From the NCBI GenBank assembly GCA_963844035.1, contig CAWJMT010000037.1, forward strand, positions 128,001 through 192,000: a stretch of 64,000 bases of DNA. The letters are read 5' to 3'. Source of the stretch: an uncultured Gemmatimonadales bacterium (GTDB lineage: Bacteria; Gemmatimonadota; Gemmatimonadetes; Gemmatimonadales; GWC2-71-9). The notes under the pieces are model-generated. The model saw only the letters and a list, made by a program, of their open reading frames with translations, was not told the DNA's origin and did no database searches. How positions within the stretch are numbered: position 1 is the stretch's first letter; the number at the start of each line of letters is the position of its first letter. Made by a program: the position numbers and the translations under genes. Shown here in pieces: positions 9,839 through 19,800 of the stretch.

Positions 9839-10818
9839 CCGGCTTCGTGCAGGTTGAGGGCCTGACGAAGCGGTTTGAGGCAACGCCCGCGGTGGATGGT
9901 GTTTCGCTGAGTGTCGCCCGCGGCGAAACGGTGGCGCTCCTCGGGCCGAGCGGCAGCGGCAAGACGACGGTGCTGCGCCTGCTCGCCGGGTTCGAGACGC
10001 CCGACGCGGGACGCATCGCGGTCGAGGGTGAGGACGTCACGCGGATCGAGCCCGCGCGCCGGCGGTTCGGCATGGTGTTCCAGCACTACGCGTTGTTTCC
10101 GCACCTCGATGTGGGCGAAAATGTGGCGTTCGGACTCGGCGGCATCGCGCGCGGGAGCCGCGACAGCAAGGTCGCGGCCGCGCTGGAGCTCGTGGACCTC
10201 GCCGGCTTCGAGCGGCGCAAAGTGCAGGAGCTGTCCGGGGGGCAGCAGCAGCGGGTGGCGCTCGCGCGCGCGCTGGCGCCGGAGCCGCGGGTGCTGCTGC
10301 TCGACGAGCCGCTGTCGAACCTCGACCCCTCGCTGCGCGAGCGGACCCGCCGCGAGCTGCGCCAGCTCATCACGCGGCTTGGCATCACGACGTTGTTTGT
10401 CACGCACGAGCAGGAAGAAGCGTTTGAGCTGGGTGACCGGATCGCCGTGTTGCGGCGGGGCCGTCTCGAGCAGGTCGGCACCGCGGAGGAGCTGTACGAG
10501 CGTCCGGCGACACTGTTCGTCGCGGAGTTCGTGGGGCGGGCCAACGTGCTTCGGGACGCCGCCGCCCGCGCCTTCGGCGGGCGCGAGGGCGCGGTCACGG
10601 TGATTCGCCCGGAGCGGCTGCGGTTTGCGGGCGCCGGTGTCCCCGGTACCGTGCGCGAGCGCCGCTACACCGGCGCGGCCGCGTTCTTCCTCGTTGAGGG
10701 AGAGCACGGGGCGCGATTCGAGATCCTCGCCGCGCCCGACGCGGCGCAGGTCGGGGACCGGGTGTTTGTCGAGGCCACCCGGGTGCTGTCCTTTCCCGAC
10801 GCCGGAGCCGGCCGGTGA
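9835..10818 (+). CDS. ABC transporter ATP-binding protein (PotA/FbpC-like)
   Basis: GPSGSGKTT, VFQHYALFPH, LSGGQQQRVALAR, LLLDEP; GTG start overlaps upstream stop. Confidence 0.95.
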   Translation: MTGFVQVEGLTKRFEATPAVDGVSLSVARGETVALLGPSGSGKTTVLRLLAGFETPDAGRIAVEGEDVTRIEPARRRFGMVFQHYALFPHLDVGENVAFGLGGIARGSRDSKVAAALELVDLAGFERRKVQELSGGQQQRVALARALAPEPRVLLLDEPLSNLDPSLRERTRRELRQLITRLGITTLFVTHEQEEAFELGDRIAVLRRGRLEQVGTAEELYERPATLFVAEFVGRANVLRDAAARAFGGREGAVTVIRPERLRFAGAGVPGTVRERRYTGAAAFFLVEGEHGARFEILAAPDAAQVGDRVFVEATRVLSFPDAGAGR

Positions 10819-12441
10819 GGCGCCGTGGCTGGGATGCCGGCGGGGTAGCCCTCACCCTGCTGCTCGTGTGGCTGGTCGCATACCCGATCGCCATCGTCGC
10901 GGGAGAAGCCGCCAACGCCCCGGCGGTGCGCGACTTCGTCACCCGCCCCGGTGAATGGCGCGCGTTGTGGGCAAGTCTCTGGATCTCGGTGGCGAGTGTC
11001 GTCCTCGCCGCCGCGGCCGGGGTGCCGCTCGCGTTTCTGTTCGAAGGATTCGAGTTCCCGGGGCGGCGCGTGCTTGGCGCCCTGGTGGCGCTGCCGGCGG
11101 TCCTGCCGCCGCTGGTGGGTGTGATCGCGTTTCTGTTTCTCTACGGCGAGTCGGGGTTCGCGGCGCGGGCCGTACAGGGACTGCTGGGTCTCACCACGCG
11201 CTCCCTGGCACCTCGAGGGCGCCGGCGCGATCCTGCTCGTCCACGCGTACTCCATGTACGCCTACTTCTACCTGCTCACCCGGGCGGGTCTCGCCAAACT
11301 CGATGCGTCGATGCACGAAGCGGCTCAGGCGCTGGGCGCGGGTCGCTGGTCGATCTTGCGGCGCGTGACACTGCCCCTGCTCCGGCCCTCGCTGGCGGGA
11401 GCGGCGCTGCTCACGTTCATGACGGCGCTCGGCTCCTTCAGTGCGCCGTACGTGTTCGGGGGCGGGTTCCGCGTGATGCCCACGCAGATCGTCGCGTCGC
11501 GACTGAATGGAAACGGAGCGCTCGCGATGGTGGAGACCGTGGCGCTGGCGCTGGTGGCGCTCGCGGTGCTGTTGCTGCTCCGCCGGACCGAAGGGGACGA
11601 CGTGCTGGTCGCGCTGGGGAAGGGGACAGCACCCAGGCGGCGCCGGTTGCGCACCGCCGGCGCACGCGCGCTCGCGGCCGCCGCCGGATGGGCGCTGGCG
11701 CTGGTGCTGCTGCTTCCTCATCTGACGTTGCTGCTCGTCTCACTCGTTCCCTACGCCACCTGGACGACGCAGGCCCTGCCGCCGGTCTTGAGCCTCGTGA
11801 ACTACCAACGGCTCCTCGGGGAGTCCGAGCGGCTGCGGCCGCTCATCAACTCGTTGTGGATGGCGGGGGCAAGCACGGCGGGCGCGCTCGTGCTGGCGCT
11901 CGCGGCGGGGTGGCTCGTGGTCCGGCGGCGCGTCGCGCTGCGCCGCGTCATTGAAGGACTCCTCGCCCTGCCGTGGGCGCTCCCCGGCACCGTGTTCGCG
12001 ATCGCGCTCGCCACCACCTTCGGTGTTTCGCGGCCGCTGGCACTTCGCGGGGTGCTCGTGGGGACGGCCGTCATCCTGCCGCTGGCGTACCTGGTGCGCA
12101 ACCTCCCGATCGCCGGGCGGGCTATCCTCGCCGGGTACCGCCAACTCGATCCCGCGCTGGAAGAGGCGGCGGCGAGCCTCGGCGCGGGTGGCTGGGCCAC
12201 GCTGCGACGCGTGACCGTGCCGCTGCTCGGGCCGGCGCTCGCGGCCGGGGCGAGCCTCGCGTTCGTCACGGCGCTCGGTGACTTCGTCACGTCGATCGTG
12301 CTGTACACGTACGACACGCGCCCCATCGCGATGGAGATTCTCTCGAGCCTGCGCCAGAACGAGCTGGGGATCGCTGCCGCATTCGGTGTCGTGTTGATGG
12401 TTGCGAGCGCCGCGGTGCTCGGGATCGGAGCGCGCCGGTGA
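10815..12441 (+). CDS. ABC transporter permease, two-module FbpB type (frameshift near 11200)
   Basis: Two EAA motifs (EAAQALGA, EEAAASLGA) across ORFs 10815..11954 and 11254..12441. Confidence 0.9.
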
Positions 12442-13680
12442 AGGTCAATCCCGACCTGAAGCGCCTCGTGGTGCTGATCGCGGTCTGCTTTGTGGACATG
12501 ATCGGCCTGCTGATGATCGCGCCGCTGATCACCTTCTACGCGCTGCGGCTCGGGGGAACGCCCAGCTCCGTGGGTCCGTTGTTCAGCGCGTTCGCCGTGG
12601 CGCAGCTGCTCGCATCGCCCATTTGGGGGCGGGTGTCGGACCGATATGGGCGCCGTCCCGTGCTGCTCAGCGGGCTGTTCGCGTCGGCGATCGCCTATCT
12701 GATCTTCGGGTTCGCCGGCTCGCTCTGGCTGCTGTTCGTGTGCCGCTTTGTCCAGGGGTTCGGCGGCGGGACCACCGGCGTCGCCCAGGCATACGTCGCG
12801 GACACAATGGCGCCCGGCCAGCGGGCCAAGGCTCTCGGTTGGCTGTCCGCGGCCACCAGCCTGGGGGTCAGCATCGGGGCGGTGCTGGGATCGGTGACGC
12901 ACAAGGTGTGGGGACCGCACGGGCCGGGCCTCGCCGCCGCGGCGCTGGTGCTGGTGAACATGGCCATTCGCGTGGCGCTGGCTTCCGGAGTCGAGGGTCT
13001 ACACGCCATCAAAGCCGGCGGCCGGGGGCGCGGGCCAGCCCTCCGGCTCGTTCCAGGTCGTGGTGGGCAACGTGACCCGACCACTCTGGCAGGTGATCCG
13101 CCACCCCTTCAGCCCGGTTTCGGAGGTCATCTGGGTCTACGGGTTCGGGATGCTGGCGCTGAACGCGCTGATCGCCGTCATGTCACTGTACCTCATGCAG
13201 CGCTTCAATCTGAACGCCGACAACGTCGGCCCGGTTTACTTTGTGTTCAGCGCGGTGGGGGTTGCGATGCGGATTCACCCGGTCGGTTGGATCAACGAGC
13301 GTCTGGGCGAGGTCCGCACCATGCGCCTCGGGGCTGTGCTGCTCGGGATCGGGTTGCTGCTGATGCCGTTCCCCGCGACGCTGTGGGGATTCATGGCCTG
13401 CCTGGTCCTCGCGCCGATCGGCACGGCGCTGCTGTTCCCGGCGAGCACGGCGTTGGTCAGTCACCGGACGGATCCCAACCAGTACGGTGTGCAGATGGGG
13501 GCACAGCAGACGCTCCGCGGCCTGATGGCGATCGTGGGTCCGATCGGCGCGACGGTGGCGTTCCAGCACCTGGGGCCCGGCGCGCCGTTCTTCTTGTCCG
13601 CGGGGGTGGTTGCGCTTGCCGCCCTGGTCGCGTGGCAGGTGCGCGACGATCGGGCGGCGAAAACACCGGCGCTTCCCTGA
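12438..13680 (+). CDS. MFS transporter, TetA/DHA1-like (frameshifted near 12965-13060)
   Basis: WGRVSDRYGRRPVLL motif A, AQAYVAD; second half in ORF 13060..13680. Confidence 0.9.
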
Positions 13681-13734
13681 CGCCGCGCCTGCGAGTGGGT
13701 ACACGTTCTCGTCACATCGGATTGCGAGGTCAGG

Positions 13735-14127
13735 ATGGTTGACAAGCTCACCGTCGAGCAGATGCAGAAGATCGAAAAGATCGAAGAGTTTCAGAAGATC
13801 ATGAACCACACGCACCACCTCGTGCAGGAGCTGGCGGCGAATCGCGCCGCTCCCGCGAAGATGCTTGCGGCGATCTGCGAGGGGATCGCGCGGGACATGA
13901 AGCAGATGCGGCAACGCGCCCTCACCGCCAACATTGGGACCATTGCCGACGTCGCGGGCGCGCTGGGCGTGATGGCGGCGCGTAGCGGGGGCCTGAGCCT
14001 GAAGATCCGCGGTCTCGAGGACGGCGTGAACAGCCTGCGGATACAGCTCGAGCATGCCCTCAAGATGGCCACCACCATCGAGAAGAAGCCTCCCGAAGCG
14101 AAAAAGCCTCCGTCACAACCGTCCTAG
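13735..14127 (+). CDS. Hypothetical all-helical protein
   Basis: GAGG upstream, typical codon usage, amphipathic helical sequence; no recognised motif. Confidence 0.75.
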   Translation: MVDKLTVEQMQKIEKIEEFQKIMNHTHHLVQELAANRAAPAKMLAAICEGIARDMKQMRQRALTANIGTIADVAGALGVMAARSGGLSLKIRGLEDGVNSLRIQLEHALKMATTIEKKPPEAKKPPSQPS

Positions 14128-14129
14128 CG

Positions 14130-15062
14130 GTGCCGGCGATTCACTGTCACGAGCTCATCAAGCGCTACGGCGACGTTGTCGCCGTGGCGGGGCTCGACCT
14201 CACGGTTGAAACGGGCGAGTGTTTTGGCCTGCTCGGACCGAACGGCGCCGGCAAGACAACCACGATCGAGATCCTGGAAGGCCTCACGGTGCCCGAAAGC
14301 GGCACGGTCGAGGTATTGGGCCGGTCCTGGGCCGACGGCGCCGGCGCACGCGCTCTGCGCGAGCGGCTGGGGATCCAGCTCCAGGAAACGCAGATGGCCG
14401 ACAAGCTGACGGTCGAGGAGACCATCCGGCTGTTCCGAAGCTTCTATCGCCGGTCGCACTCGGTGGACGAAGTGCTCGGCCTGGTGGAGCTCGAGGAGAA
14501 GCGCGGCTCCCGGGTGATGACGCTCTCGGGCGGGCAGAAGCAACGACTCTCGGTGGCGTGCGCCCTCGTGAGCCGGCCGGACCTCCTGTTTCTCGACGAG
14601 CCCACCACCGGCCTCGATCCCCAATCCCGGCGCCAGCTGTGGGACGTGGTCGGTCGATTTCGGGCAGCCGGGGGCACGGTGCTCCTGACGACGCATTACA
14701 TGGAAGAAGCGGAGCGGTTGTGCGATCGGGTGGCGATCATGGACCACGGACGGGTCATCGCGCAGGGAACGCCGTCCGCGCTGATTGCGTCGCTCGGTGC
14801 CGAGCACATCGTCGAGTTTGCAGTTGCGGAGGGGGCCGCGTCACCCGGGGTGGACGAGCTGGGAATGCTGCCCGGGGTGAAGGCGGTACGGCCCGGGCCC
14901 GACCGCACGGCGCTGACCGTGGGCGAGGTGCATCGAGCGGTGCCGGCGCTGCTCGCGCTGCTGGAGCACCACGGCGCCGAGCTGTCGATGCTCACGACCC
15001 ATCACGCGACGCTCGAGGACGTATTCATGTCGCTTACCGGACGGCAGCTACGGGATGCGTAA
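14130..15062 (+). CDS. ABC-2 type exporter ATP-binding protein
   Basis: GPNGAGKTT, LSGGQKQRL, FLDEPTTGLDP, LTTHYMEEAE. Confidence 0.95.
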   Translation: MPAIHCHELIKRYGDVVAVAGLDLTVETGECFGLLGPNGAGKTTTIEILEGLTVPESGTVEVLGRSWADGAGARALRERLGIQLQETQMADKLTVEETIRLFRSFYRRSHSVDEVLGLVELEEKRGSRVMTLSGGQKQRLSVACALVSRPDLLFLDEPTTGLDPQSRRQLWDVVGRFRAAGGTVLLTTHYMEEAERLCDRVAIMDHGRVIAQGTPSALIASLGAEHIVEFAVAEGAASPGVDELGMLPGVKAVRPGPDRTALTVGEVHRAVPALLALLEHHGAELSMLTTHHATLEDVFMSLTGRQLRDA

Positions 15063-16086
15063 CCACCCCCTGGTGCAGCTCACGTTGGCGCGGGCGCGCG
15101 AGTTCTACCGCGAGCCGGAAGCGGTGTTCTGGGTATTCGGCTTCCCGGTCGTGCTGGCGTTCGCGCTGGGGATCGCGTTCCGGAACCACGGGCCCGACAC
15201 GCTGCAGATCGGCGTCGCCCGGGGTGAGGGCGATTCGAGCGTGGCGGCGGTGATCGACCGCTCTCCCAGCCTTGCGGCGCGGGTGCTCGATTCGAGCGAG
15301 GCGCAGGTGGCGCTGCGTGCCGGCCGCATTGCGCTGCTGGTGGTGCCGGGCGAGCCGCTGGCATACCGCTTCGACACGACCCGGGCCGAGAGCCGGCTCG
15401 CCCGGCTGCAAGTCAACGACCTCGTACAGGAGGGCCGCGGCCGGCGGGACCCCGCCGCGATCCGCGACGAGCCGGTGACAACGCCGGGGTCGCGCTACAT
15501 TGATTTTCTCATTCCCGGACTGCTCGGCATGAACCTGATGGGCAGCGGGCTGTGGGGTGTGGGATTCTCCGTGGTCACGGCGCGGTCGAAGAAGCTGCTC
15601 AAGCGGTTCATGGCCACGCCGATGCGCAAGAGCGACTACCTGCTCGCGTTCATTCTCTCGCGGCTCATGTTCCTGGTGCTCGAGATCGCGGCGCTGGTCG
15701 GGTTCGGATGGTTGATGTTCGGTGTGGGTGTGCGAGGCTCGATGATGACACTCGCAACCATCACGATACTCGGCGCGCTCTGCTTTGCCGGCCTGGGCCT
15801 CCTGGTCGCCAGCCGCGCCCGGACCGTGGAGGCGGTGTCGGGTCTCGCGAACATGGTGATGCTGCCGATGTGGATCCTGTCGGGCACGTTCTTTTCCTAT
15901 GCCCGCTTTCCGGAGGCGATGCTCCCGTGGGTGCGGGCGCTCCCGCTCACCGCCCTGAACGATGCGTTGCGTGGCGTGATGATCGAGGGGGCGTCTCTGG
16001 TCTCACTTTCGCAGCCGCTACTGGTCGTAACTATATGGGGCATAGCGAGTTTTGTCGTTGCGCTCCAAATCTTCCGCTGGCGTTAA
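15055..16086 (+). CDS. ABC-2 type exporter permease
   Basis: FWVFGFP, YIDFLIPGLLGM, LKRFMATP, LSGTFF, LPLTALNDALR. Confidence 0.93.
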   Translation: MRNHPLVQLTLARAREFYREPEAVFWVFGFPVVLAFALGIAFRNHGPDTLQIGVARGEGDSSVAAVIDRSPSLAARVLDSSEAQVALRAGRIALLVVPGEPLAYRFDTTRAESRLARLQVNDLVQEGRGRRDPAAIRDEPVTTPGSRYIDFLIPGLLGMNLMGSGLWGVGFSVVTARSKKLLKRFMATPMRKSDYLLAFILSRLMFLVLEIAALVGFGWLMFGVGVRGSMMTLATITILGALCFAGLGLLVASRARTVEAVSGLANMVMLPMWILSGTFFSYARFPEAMLPWVRALPLTALNDALRGVMIEGASLVSLSQPLLVVTIWGIASFVVALQIFRWR

Positions 16087-16112
16087 CGGGGCGGGTTCAC
16101 CAAATTCGTCCC

Positions 16113-16352
16113 GTGACAGTACACGAATTGGACGGCCTTTTCCTCGTGGAGCGACGGCTGCGGACCGATCGCCGCATTGGACTGCAGCGCCGCATCGGCG
16201 ACCGCCGGCAGCAAACGGCGGAGGTCCCGGTGGAGCGCCGCGCGGTAGTGATGCGCCGTGGTGTCCGCGACCGGCGCAGCGACCAACCGCGCCGAGTCCA
16301 AATCGCGCGACTCAATTTCTTGCCGGCGATTTCTCCGGACTCAAGCGTCTAG
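16113..16352 (+). CDS. Small Arg-rich (D/E)RR-repeat protein 1
   Basis: Tail of ORF 15552..16352 from GTG 16113: VTVHELDGLFLVERRLRTDRRIGLQRRIGDRRQQTAEVPVERRAVVMRRGVRDRR...; start uncertain. Confidence 0.6.
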   Translation: MTVHELDGLFLVERRLRTDRRIGLQRRIGDRRQQTAEVPVERRAVVMRRGVRDRRSDQPRRVQIARLNFLPAISPDSSV

Positions 16353-16559
16353 CGTCGGGTTAGGCGCCGGGGGAAACCTGCGGCATTCTTGTTACAAGTG
16401 ACTTTCCTCACACGGTGCGACGCCCTCGTCCAATCGCGTCGGAGTTGAATCCGCACTAGCCAAGCGGACCAGACGCCCGTAATTTTTTCCGAACGATTCG
16501 CGACTCGGGTGACCGTCGGTCGTCCGTGGATCGTCGACAACCAACATGGGCAACCAACT

Positions 16560-16790
16560 GTGGCGTCTCGACGCAAGATCGCCGACCGCCGTACTCGTTC
16601 CGATCGCCGCTCGCAGGTGGACCGAAGGGCGGGGGCGGAGCGCCGTCAGCAGACGCTCACCCCACCCATTGAGCGCCGGGCCGGCTCGGACCGCCGCACT
16701 GGGGAACGACGCGCCGTCGAGCGCCGTGTGCTCGTTACCCGTCGTGTTCTTGGTGAGCGCCGCCGAATCTCCCCCGCTGTCCTCGCGTAG
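16560..16790 (+). CDS. Small Arg-rich (D/E)RR-repeat protein 2
   Basis: VASRRKIADRRTRSDRRSQVDRRAGAERRQQTLTPPIERRAGSDRRTGERRAVERR...; start at GTG 16560 or 16509. Confidence 0.65.
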   Translation: MASRRKIADRRTRSDRRSQVDRRAGAERRQQTLTPPIERRAGSDRRTGERRAVERRVLVTRRVLGERRRISPAVLA

Positions 16791-16865
16791 GACCAGCACC
16801 CGTCGACCGGCTCGCGGCGGACTCCTCCTCTGGCCCGAGTGCCGTACCCTCGCTGAACAACGTTA

Positions 16866-19800
16866 CTAGAACCGGGCTCGCCAGAATGCTGCCGCCGTCG
16901 GGAACAACTTCTCGGTGAGTGTGGCCGAGAGGGTGACGAACACCCCGTGCCCGCCGCGCACCGAGAAATCGGGATCGGTCAGGTCGCCGAAACGATACCC
17001 GGTCGCGATCTCGAGGCCGGTGACAGGCCGCAGGGCAAGGGTGGGCGACGCATCCCACCGTGTGGCACCGCTCGATCGCTCGATCAGCAACCGGCCGTCA
17101 CCGCGTACGCTCATCCAGGGGCTCAGGGTGACGTTCAGGCGGCTGCCCACGTAGTCCGCCCAGGCGACGAGGGCCTGGGGTGCCCCGTCCGGGTACACGC
17201 CCTGGGTCTCGGTGCGGCGCATCGCGTAGCGGGTGCCGACCTCGAGCTGCGGAGCCGGCGTCCAAATCATCTCGGCCGCCGCGATCGCCCGTTGCTCGAC
17301 TCCCTGGGAAACGAGCACGCCGCCGCCGATCGGGTTGCGGGCATCGGTCCACTGGAACTTCGCGAGCATGTTGAGGCGATCGCTGTGCGCCGGCCGGAAC
17401 GCGAGGCCCCACAGGCTCGACAGCTGGCGGGACAGCGGCGCGCCGGGCAACGCGTTCTGGGAGAACTGTTGCCGGGTGAGCAGGGCAAGCGACGCATCGA
17501 ACGAGACGTCGCCGACCACGGTGGCGAGACGGCTCGACTGCAACAGGCCGTCCTTGTACTCGCCGCGGGCGCTCAGCCGGTACGGCGCGTGCGCGGGCAG
17601 TAACTCCATGCCGGCACCGAACGACCAGTAGTCGTCCTCGGGCTGGAGGAAGGGCAGGGCCCGGACGGGATCGGTGACGGACGCGCTGCCGACACCCATC
17701 CGGCGCTCGAACATCACGTTGACCGCCAGGTCGGACCCCAGCTGCAGCCGGTTGCGCAGACCCACCAGCGCGGCGTTGCCCGCGCCGTTGATGCCGCCGC
17801 TCAACTGGTAGCTGCCCCACGCCTCGGTCCCGTGTCCCACGCCCGCGCGCACGCCGACGCTCGAGATCGAATACCGAGTCTGGCTGTCGGGTCGCGACAC
17901 GAACCGCTGGCCGGCCTCGAGCGCCACGGCCGGAGAAAGGTGATAGGCCCCGCCGACCCCCCAGAAATCGGGCGCGAGCTCCTGGCCGTCGAGGCTCAGG
18001 TGGCGCCGCGCTTCCGTCCAGAGCTGCAGGTGCTGGTCCTTTACCCACTTCGCCTTGAGGTCGGCCGTAGTCGCCTCGCTCAACCCGAGCCCGGTTACCA
18101 AGGCACCCGCTACCTGTTCGTTCGTGACCCCCGCGTCCAGCTGCACGTCGCGCAACAGGGGTTGCACCAGGCTCACGCGGCTGCGCTCGCGCTCGATTCC
18201 CTGCAGCGTGAACTGCTGGCTCGAGTGCTCGGCACGCAGCTCCGTCGCGCCGAGCCTCAGGCCGCTCTTGAGGTTTACTTCGGTGAGCCCGGGCTGCAGC
18301 GCAACGTTGGCCGGGTTCGTGAATTCGCGGTCGATCCGCATGTAGCCCGCCCCGATCGTCCAGGCGCCGTTGAACAGGCGATAGCCTACTCGCGCCAGCG
18401 TTCCGAAGCCGGCGGAGTCGCCGCGCTCTGCGTACGCCACTTCGGCGGACGCGTCGAGTCCACCGAAGCGCACCGCGCGCAGGTCGCCGCCCACCAACCG
18501 GTAGCCGCCCCCCGCCTGGTCGGCGCTCACCGCGGTAAGCCCGATCCGCATCGAATCCAGCCGCACGCCGCCCGCGAGCCGCCGCACGTCCAGCGCCGCC
18601 CGGCCGCCGGCGACGAACCGCTGGTCCCCGCCCGACGCCGCCTCGAAGGTGGCGACGATGAACACCGGATTGCCGCCTCCGTCCGCCGCAGGAATCGGCT
18701 GCTTGAACAGCACCACGCCGCCGCTGTAGTTGATCTCGTAGTCCACGAAGCGGGTCAGCGCCTGCGTGGCCACGGCGCGCTCGGGATTCGCGACGTCGCG
18801 CGTCTCGATGCGCAGATGCTCGGTGCCCGGCAGGATATCGGGGGCAAGCGTGTAGGGACCGGAGACGCCCGCGCCCCGGATCTGCAGCTGCCGCAGCGCC
18901 TGCGCGGTCAGGCTCCCGAAGCCGCTCCACGTCACGGCGCCGGTGCTGACGCGCGCGGCCAGACCCGTCACGGCGCGCCCGTACTGCGCGAGGGTCAGGC
19001 CGCGCGCGAAATCCGCGGTGGCGAGATCGCCGAACGCCGCCCAATCGAAGCCCCGCTCGAGCCGGGCCGAGAGCCAGGTGCCCGACGCCGTGCGGGTCTC
19101 GAGTTGACTCGCGTCCCCGAGGATCGGGTACTCCGACTCCTTCAAGGGGTCCACGCTGCGGCCGAACGCATCCTGTCCGTCGCGCAGCCGTCGAGAGTCG
19201 AGGCCGAGCGTGAGCGACGTCCGCGCGTCGAGCTGCCCGCGCGCGGTGATCGCCCCGTAGGCGTCGGGGCTCGCGCCCACCCCCACGAGCCCCGAGCCGG
19301 TCAGCGTGAGGGGCCGCACGGCGGGGAGGATCTCGAGCGGCAGGGCGATCGTGGCGTCGCCCGACTTGAGTTCGAGCTCCCCGTGCCTGACTTCGCGGCC
19401 GGGCCGCAGGCTGACCATCAGCCAGCCGGAAGAGTCGGACAAGACTTGCGTCCCGACCGAGGACGGGTCCGCATCTCGCCCCATCGGCTCTGCGCCGCCG
19501 GCGCTCACCGTCACGTACGCCGGCTGCACCACCGGCACCCCCCAGGCGTCGAGCACACGCACCTTCGTGCTCGCGACCGTGCGCCCGTCCGCCTGCAGCG
19601 TGAGCGGACCCGCGCTCGCCGCGAATTGGACCGGGAGACCGGTCACGTGGACGGCCACGCTGTCCCAGCGCTCGCCGCCCCAGGAGTTCTTCGCGCGCAC
19701 GCGCAGCAGATGCGGGCCCCGCGCGAGCGGCACCGCGACGAAGTCGTACACGCCGTCGACGCGGACCTGAGCCGAATCGACCGCTGTGGCGCCGTCGTAC

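Noticed and set aside
16083..16301. Minus-strand 72-aa ORF
   Set aside because: The plus-strand (D/E)RR ORF at the same place is better supported by similarity to its neighbour.
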